Shown: piece by piece, positions 58,080 to 64,000 of the stretch
Numbering within the stretch: the first letter of the stretch is position 1
Layout: each line of letters starts with the position of its first letter
NCBI GenBank assembly: GCA_040219255.1
Contig: JAVJSW010000001.1
Location: forward strand, 1-64,000
Reading direction: 5' to 3'
Source: Sumerlaeia bacterium
Lineage (GTDB): Bacteria > Sumerlaeota > Sumerlaeia > SLMS01 > JAHLLQ01
Length of the DNA: 64,000 nucleotides
Notes under the pieces: generated by a model
Databases searched by the model: none
What the model saw: the letters and a program-made list of their open reading frames with translations, nothing else
Told to the model about the DNA's origin: nothing
Made by a program: the position numbers and the translations under genes

Positions 58080-59051
58080 GTGAAGCCCTGGTTCGCGCGC
58101 AATTGGTTCAACGTGGGCCTGATCGCCGTGGTGATCCTCGGGTTTCTGCTGCCCCGCGAAATCGGCCAGTTCCTCTATCGCTGGTCCGCCTGGATCGCGG
58201 GGGGGGCGATTTTCGTCACCGGGCTCAAATTCGACGTGCGGACGCTCGACTTCCGGCGCTCCTTCGCCGTTGGCGTTGCCCTCTCCACTGTCATCAGCCT
58301 TCTTCTCGCCCCCGTGCTGTTCCGATACAGCGTTGGCTGGTTCTTCGACGGCGGCATGTTTCTCGGCCTCATTATCCTCAGCGCCCTGCCCACCACCATC
58401 GTCAGCAACATTGCCCTGTGCGACGCCGCGCGGGGAAACACGGCGATGTCGAGCGTCTCCACGGTGGTCATCAACACCGGCGGTCTGGTCACCATCCCTA
58501 TCGTGCTGGCCCTGTTCGCGGGCGAGAACGCGGGCGCCCAAAGCGTTTCCGCCGCCGATCTGCTCCAAACGCTCTTCTGGGTCGTAGTCCTGCCCAACGT
58601 CGCGTCGCAATTCATGCACCTCCTGGTTCCCGCCAAGGCCACGCAGACCCTCGTCAAGGCCACCGCCTTCGTTCCCCGGGGCGTCGTGCTGCTGTTCATT
58701 TTCCTCGGGGTAATCCTGAACGCGGACCGGCTGCGGGACGCCGCCCAGGACAAACCCCTCTTCTTCGCCGAACTGGTGCTCATCGTGGTCCTTCTGCACG
58801 CGGCGCTGCTGGCGATTTCCTGGGTCAGCGCCCGCCTGCTCCGGCTCGGCTGGGAAGACCGCGTCAGCGTCCTCTTCGCCTCCAGCCAGAAAACCCTCAC
58901 CATCGGCATCGCGCTGGTCTCCCAGCTCTTTCCCGACGTCACAGAGGCAATCCTGCCGCTCATCCTCTATCAGGTCACCTCGCTCTTCGCCGACGGAATC
59001 CTGGCCAACGGGCTGGCGAAGCGACACCCATCGCGCCGCGCCGAGCGTTGA
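58080..59051 (+). CDS. Bile acid:sodium symporter family protein
   Basis: LPTTIVSN, ARGN, SQKTL..G, LPLILYQ; about 9-10 TM. Confidence 0.9.
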   Translation: MKPWFARNWFNVGLIAVVILGFLLPREIGQFLYRWSAWIAGGAIFVTGLKFDVRTLDFRRSFAVGVALSTVISLLLAPVLFRYSVGWFFDGGMFLGLIILSALPTTIVSNIALCDAARGNTAMSSVSTVVINTGGLVTIPIVLALFAGENAGAQSVSAADLLQTLFWVVVLPNVASQFMHLLVPAKATQTLVKATAFVPRGVVLLFIFLGVILNADRLRDAAQDKPLFFAELVLIVVLLHAALLAISWVSARLLRLGWEDRVSVLFASSQKTLTIGIALVSQLFPDVTEAILPLILYQVTSLFADGILANGLAKRHPSRRAER

Positions 59052-59069
59052 CCACGCAGCCACAAGCCG

Positions 59070-61241
59070 GTGCCAGTTGACGAACGCGACCGGGAGACCG
59101 TTACTACAGTCCTGAATGGCGTTCGGAGGCCTCCCGCAATTTTCCCTCGTTCTCTGTCTCTTCTTCACTTACGGAAATTCTGCCTCCTGACTGCGACCGC
59201 TCTCCTGCCGGCTGCGGCGGCGTGGCCGGGCGAGGGTCTCACGGCCCAGGCGCAATGGACCGGCGCGACCAGCGGCCTGCAGCTCGGCATGGCCTTGGCC
59301 GGCGTCGGCGATTTCAACGGCGACGGCCTGATGGATTTCGCCGCCGGGGCGCCCGGCTTCGACGCCGATACGGGGGCTGCGGGTCTGATCCTCGGCGGCA
59401 CCAGTTCTCTTCCGAACCCCATCGGGCCGGATACGCTGACCGGCGCCAACGGCTTTTGGGCCCGCGCCAGCGACCCCCGCGAGCGGGCCGGAACCGACGT
59501 GGCCGCCGCCGGTGACGTCAACGGCGACGGCTTCGCCGATTTGCTCATCGGATCGGCCTACGCCCGGGGCTTCCGGGGCGCCGCTTACCTGATCTTCGGC
59601 AGCGCCGCCGCCTTTCCCCGCGCCTTCGAACTCGACCTCATCGGCGCACGCCAGGGCACCGCCGAAATCACCCTCGGCACAGTCATGCCGGGCGATACGC
59701 TGAGCGACCGCATGGGCACCGCCGTGGCGGGAATCGGCGACTTCAACGGCGATGGCTACGGCGATTTCGCCATCACGGCGGCACTGGCACAGGTGGGGGA
59801 CGAGATTTTCGCCGGCCGGACCTTCGTGCTCTTCGGCCGCGAGAACTTCACCGGTCAACTCTCGCCCTTCGACTTGCTCCCCGCCCGTGGCGGCGACGGG
59901 TCCGAAGGCTTCGTCCTCAATGGCGCCTTGTCTTACGATCAAGCCGGGCAAGCCATCGCCGGTCTTGGCGATATCAACGGCGATGGCTTCGCTGATTTCG
60001 CCGTGGGGGCCCCCTATACCGACGCCACCGATCTGGGCACGGAAGGCAAGGTGTTCGTCCTATTCGGCCGGCCAAGCGTCCTGATGCCCGAGTCCACCCT
60101 CGGCGCCCTCTCCCCCGCCGAAGGCTTTGTCGTCGCCAGTTCCATCCCCGAAGACCGCATCGGGTTCGCCGTCGCCGCTGCTGGCGACGTCAACGGCGAT
60201 GGGCTCGAAGATTTCCTGATCGGCGCCCCGCGCGCCGACGGACGAGACGGCGCCCTGGTGGCCGCCGGAAAGGTCTACATCGTCTTTGGCCGCAGCGTCT
60301 TTCCCTCGCGCATCGATGCCGCAGCGAGCCTGCTCAGCATGGAGGGCGCCAGTGATCAGGACTTCTTTGCCCAGGCCGTGACCGGAGTGGGCGATTGGAC
60401 CGGCGATGGTTTCGCGGATATTCTGATCGGCGCGCCCCGCGTGGACTCGCCAGATCGCCTGCTGCTGGAATTGGGGCAGACCGCCCTCATCCCTGGCGCC
60501 GCTTCGACCGGTGCTATTGGGCCAATCGCGTCCACCCTGACCGGTACCGCCGAGCGCAGTCTCCTGGGACAGAGCCTCGCCCTGATCGGCGATCACGATG
60601 GCGACGGCCGCTTCGCTTTCCTGGCCGGAGCCCCCACCTCCCCAGGCCAGAACGCTTTGCCCCAGGCGGGCGCCGTTATCGTCGTTAGCGAACCCGCAGG
60701 CCTCGCGGCCGACGGCCAACGCGTGCTCTCGCCCGCAAACGCCGCGTTCCTGCCGGTGGGTTTTGCTGGCGGGGCCAGCGCCATCGCACCCCGCACCGCT
60801 CTCCACGCCCGCGCCATCGGAGGAACGACGCCGGTAACCCTCAACGCCCGCCGCGAAGCCCAAGCCCCACGGAACCTGCCCGATGCGACGCCGGTGCGGT
60901 GGCGCCTGGAAGCAAGCGATCCGGCGCGGCGTCTGGAAATCCGCGTGGCGTTGACCGCCGCCGAAGTCGCCGGACTCCTGGAGTCGCGGCTGGCCCTCTT
61001 CTCGGCACCCGCCGAGGACGGGCCCTGGACGCCAGTCGCCGGAGCGGTTCGCGTCGGCGGCCGCCTGCAATGGCAGGGAACCGTGACCGCGACCCCCGTC
61101 TGGCTCGCTATCGCAGAGCGCCAAAGCGCCGTCGTGCGACAGGAAATCGTCCGCTTTCTCCTCGGCATTCAGGCCTACCGCGACGCCCTCGACGTAAACC
61201 GAGATGGCGTCGTGGACAGCGCCGACATGACCGGTTTGTAG
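59070..61241 (+). CDS. Secreted integrin-alpha/FG-GAP beta-propeller protein with C-terminal dockerin-like motif
   Basis: About 7 G.A.A..GD.NGDG..D...GAP repeats; ends DVNRDGVVDSAD. Start uncertain. Confidence 0.85.
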   Translation: MPVDERDRETVTTVLNGVRRPPAIFPRSLSLLHLRKFCLLTATALLPAAAAWPGEGLTAQAQWTGATSGLQLGMALAGVGDFNGDGLMDFAAGAPGFDADTGAAGLILGGTSSLPNPIGPDTLTGANGFWARASDPRERAGTDVAAAGDVNGDGFADLLIGSAYARGFRGAAYLIFGSAAAFPRAFELDLIGARQGTAEITLGTVMPGDTLSDRMGTAVAGIGDFNGDGYGDFAITAALAQVGDEIFAGRTFVLFGRENFTGQLSPFDLLPARGGDGSEGFVLNGALSYDQAGQAIAGLGDINGDGFADFAVGAPYTDATDLGTEGKVFVLFGRPSVLMPESTLGALSPAEGFVVASSIPEDRIGFAVAAAGDVNGDGLEDFLIGAPRADGRDGALVAAGKVYIVFGRSVFPSRIDAAASLLSMEGASDQDFFAQAVTGVGDWTGDGFADILIGAPRVDSPDRLLLELGQTALIPGAASTGAIGPIASTLTGTAERSLLGQSLALIGDHDGDGRFAFLAGAPTSPGQNALPQAGAVIVVSEPAGLAADGQRVLSPANAAFLPVGFAGGASAIAPRTALHARAIGGTTPVTLNARREAQAPRNLPDATPVRWRLEASDPARRLEIRVALTAAEVAGLLESRLALFSAPAEDGPWTPVAGAVRVGGRLQWQGTVTATPVWLAIAERQSAVVRQEIVRFLLGIQAYRDALDVNRDGVVDSADMTGL

Positions 61242-61247
61242 CCGATC

Positions 61248-61262
61248 TGGCACGGGTTGTGC
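61248..61262 (+). promoter_or_regulatory. Sigma54 -24/-12 promoter for dps
   Basis: TGGCACGGGTTGTGC(A), near consensus, about 75 bp upstream of the ATG. Confidence 0.75.
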
Positions 61263-61335
61263 ACCTCTTATCCGCACCCAAATCGACACCCGCGGCCTCC
61301 GCGCCGCTGCCGATCCCAACGGAGGACTCAACCAG

Positions 61336-61911
61336 ATGGCCACCAAGAAAAAAACCGACACCAAATCCGCCGCGGCCCCGACCAAGCCCCGCCGCGCCCA
61401 GACCGATATGGAAGAAAATCCGATCGGATTGCCGCAGGATTACTGCGAAGACATGGTGCCCGAGTTGGACAAGCTCCTCTCGACCGAATACACCCTACTG
61501 CACCAGTACCACAAGCATCACTGGCTGGTGAACGGCCCGCAGTTCCGCGATCTGCATCTCTTCTACCAGGAGGCCTACGAGGCGCTCTTCGCAAAGGTCG
61601 ACGACATCGCCGAACGCGTGACACACCTAGGCGGGTTCCCGACCTGCGAACCGGCCAACATGCAGAAGAAGTCGATCATCGACCACGAACCGGAAGGTCT
61701 CTTCTCGGTCCGCGACATGCTGGCTCGCGACAAGGCGGCGGAAATCACCGTCGCGCAGAATCTGCGCAAAATGATCGCCTTCGCCCGCGACCACCAGGAC
61801 TTTGGCACGGTCCGCCTGCTGGAGAAAGTTCTCCTCGGCGGCGAAGACCGCGCCCATCACATCGATCACTTCCTGGAGGAAGACTCGCTGGAAGAAGGCC
61901 GCGAGGACTGA
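61336..61911 (+). CDS. dps: Dps (DNA starvation/stationary phase protection, ferritin-like)
   Basis: QYHKHHWLV.GPQFRDLH, DDIAER...LGG.P; Lys-rich N-terminal tail; GGAGG SD. Confidence 0.95.
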   Translation: MATKKKTDTKSAAAPTKPRRAQTDMEENPIGLPQDYCEDMVPELDKLLSTEYTLLHQYHKHHWLVNGPQFRDLHLFYQEAYEALFAKVDDIAERVTHLGGFPTCEPANMQKKSIIDHEPEGLFSVRDMLARDKAAEITVAQNLRKMIAFARDHQDFGTVRLLEKVLLGGEDRAHHIDHFLEEDSLEEGRED

Positions 61912-61953
61912 CTCGCGGGGTTCGCCCCCCACAGGTTTCCCATAAAAATGGCG

Positions 61954-61985
61954 CGCCCGGTCAGATTGTCTGGCCGGGCGTTTTT
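61954..61985 (+). terminator. Intrinsic terminator after dps
   Basis: cgcccggtcaga-ttg-tctggccgggcg followed by ttttt. Confidence 0.8.
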
Positions 61986-62006
61986 CTAGCCTCCGCCATC
62001 GCGCAC

Positions 62007-64000
62007 TCAGCCCCCGCCCCCACCGACTTGCGCCAGCAAGCCGGTCGCCTTGCGGTGCGCGCCGTCCAACGCCGCGATGATCGCCGACAGCTCATTGCGC
62101 GTCAGGCTGGCGCCCTCGCGGCTTTCCACCAGCAGAAGCGTATCCTCGCGCAGGGCGAAGCTGACCGGTAGAATCTCGGAGTTGAAATCGAGCAGCACCC
62201 GGTACAAATCCGGCCCGGCGGCGCCGTTCAGCGCCCCCACCTCCGCCTCCAGATAGAACCGCTCGCCCTCGATCCGTAGCCGCACCGGCAGGCCGCCGTC
62301 GCGTTCCAGCAGGTACTCGGTGCGAGAGACTTCGCGGACGATAAACCCACTGCCTTCAAGGAACCGGCGCAGCGAACCGGCCTGGTTGAATTCGCCTTCC
62401 TTGGGCGACCAGACGAATTTGTTCTCGCTCGGCGCTGGCGGCGTGGGAGCGGACGCCGGGGCGCGCTCGGGAATCACGGCCATGGCCAGGCTGGTCAGGA
62501 TCTCGTGCAATTGGGCCAGGCTCTCCGGCGGGAACGTCGCCCGCAGATCGCCGGAAATCGGCGCGGGCGCGGCGGCCTGCGGCGCTTCAGAGCGCGTGGA
62601 GGCCGCCTCGGCGAGCGCCGCCTTCAAATCCGCCAGTCCCGTCTGCAATCCCGCCAGGGCCTCCGGCGCGAATTCCGCCCGCACCGGCCGGTCCGATTCG
62701 GACTGCGCCTGGCGCATCGCGTCCAGGGCCAACTTCAATTCCGCCAGCGCTTCGCGCACCGGACCGAGGCTTTCGCCCTCGAGCGTCGCCCGCACCTCCT
62801 GCGGCCCCGTCGGGCGGCTTTGCTCGACCCGGTCCGCCAACTGCGTCAGGCCCCCCGCGATGCCCGCGTTCAGGCCGCCAACGCCCTCCGACAAATCGTT
62901 CAGCACGCCCATGATCTGGGTCATGCTGTCGGCTTGGCCGCCGCCGATGCCGCGGAACTTCTGGTTCCGGCGGAAGGTGTCGCAGATTTCCGCCCAGCGC
63001 TCGCGATCGCCCGGCTGTTCAAAGCCAAACGTCAGCTTGAAATTCAGCAGGTTCGCCTCGGCGCCGGTTGTGAGCGTCTGCGCCTCCTGATCGTAGTGCG
63101 AGAAAATCAGCGTCTTCAGCTCCGCATCGTTCATCACCGGCAGCACCTTCTCCGCCAGCTTGTTCATGTTGCGATAGGAGCCCTGGAGCTTGAACGGCGG
63201 CTGGGTGCGGAATTCGTCGGCTTGGGCGGCGCTCTCGATGTACATTTCGTTGATGCGCAGAATGACGTCGCGCACCGCCATCAGCTTCTTCAGCACGTCC
63301 ACGTATTCGCTGATTTCGGTCGCGCTGTGGTTCGCTTCGAAATCCACGCCTTCGCGCGAACCGGTCTCGGCGATGCGCAGAATACCGTGCAGATCCTTGT
63401 GGCTCTTGGCCGACAACCGCGCCAGCGAGGCGTTCGAGGTCATGGCGTTTTCGATGTAGGACAGTTCGAACGCCGCCCGCGTGTCGCCAATGATGTCGCC
63501 CAGATTATACGTGTCGGCGCGGTTGGCCAGCATGTCGGGAATCTGGAACTTTTCGCCGCTCTCGGTGTAGGGATTGCCGGCCATGATGACGCAGACTTTC
63601 CGCCCGCGCAGGTCATAGGTTTTCGTGCGGCCCTTGTACACGCCCTCGATCTTGCGCTGGGCGTCGCAGAGGCTGATGAATTTCTGCAAGAATTCCGGGT
63701 TACAGTGCTGAATATCGTCGAGATAGATCATCACGTTGTCGCCCATTTCGAGCGACAGGTTCAGCTTCTCCAACTCCTGACGCGCTGTGGCGTTGGGGGC
63801 CTCCACCGGGTCCAGGCTGGTGACGTGGTGGCCGATGGCTGGACCATTGATTTTCATGAAGATAATGCCGAGCCGGTTCGCGATGTACTCCATCAGCGTC
63901 GTCTTACCATAGCCCGGCGGCGAAATCAGCAGCAGCATGCCCATCCGATCGGTGCGAGTATTCGCACCCACCGTCCCCATTTGTTTCGCCAGGTTGTCGC
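62007..64000 (-). CDS. Large AAA+ ATPase ('DNA repair ATPase'/DUF3686-type), 5' truncated, with C-terminal CesT/YjfI-like domain
   Basis: LLISPPGYGKTTLMEY, YLDDIQH, AGNPYTESG, ANRADTYNLG, PPFKLQGSYRNMNK. ORF runs off the window end. Confidence 0.85.
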   Translation of the reverse strand, partial: DNLAKQMGTVGANTRTDRMGMLLLISPPGYGKTTLMEYIANRLGIIFMKINGPAIGHHVTSLDPVEAPNATARQELEKLNLSLEMGDNVMIYLDDIQHCNPEFLQKFISLCDAQRKIEGVYKGRTKTYDLRGRKVCVIMAGNPYTESGEKFQIPDMLANRADTYNLGDIIGDTRAAFELSYIENAMTSNASLARLSAKSHKDLHGILRIAETGSREGVDFEANHSATEISEYVDVLKKLMAVRDVILRINEMYIESAAQADEFRTQPPFKLQGSYRNMNKLAEKVLPVMNDAELKTLIFSHYDQEAQTLTTGAEANLLNFKLTFGFEQPGDRERWAEICDTFRRNQKFRGIGGGQADSMTQIMGVLNDLSEGVGGLNAGIAGGLTQLADRVEQSRPTGPQEVRATLEGESLGPVREALAELKLALDAMRQAQSESDRPVRAEFAPEALAGLQTGLADLKAALAEAASTRSEAPQAAAPAPISGDLRATFPPESLAQLHEILTSLAMAVIPERAPASAPTPPAPSENKFVWSPKEGEFNQAGSLRRFLEGSGFIVREVSRTEYLLERDGGLPVRLRIEGERFYLEAEVGALNGAAGPDLYRVLLDFNSEILPVSFALREDTLLLVESREGASLTRNELSAIIAALDGAHRKATGLLAQVGGGGG

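Overview
GC-rich bacterial chromosomal segment with about 38 CDS and one tRNA-Glu(TTC). I found no transposase, integrase, phage gene or CRISPR array. Housekeeping and metabolic genes include dnaE, argF, a DEAD-box helicase, dps, pfkB, a P-type ATPase and a PPi-type PEP carboxykinase. Main themes: (1) four stand-alone nucleobase-catabolism genes scattered over about 31 kb (truncated YgfK-like, YgeW-like knotted carbamoyltransferase, ferredoxin-less PreA, orphan Xdh Mo subunit); (2) two translationally coupled operons holding four GT-C-type glycosyltransferases and a DPM1-like GT2; (3) secreted proteins with a shared short C-terminal Trp motif or a dockerin-like tail; (4) a solute:sodium-symporter-like transporter fused to a hotdog thioesterase; (5) a structured intergenic element with a 12-codon ORF, very strong SD and terminator beside the tRNA; (6) a dispersed CACCAC(A/G)GAG repeat family near stop codons; (7) several sigma54 promoters and activators. 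A perfect 136-bp inverted repeat at the window start may be an assembly artefact. The lineage cannot be determined here; the C-terminal motifs recall Ca. Sumerlaeota (unverified recollection). All family calls come from motif recognition, with no database search.
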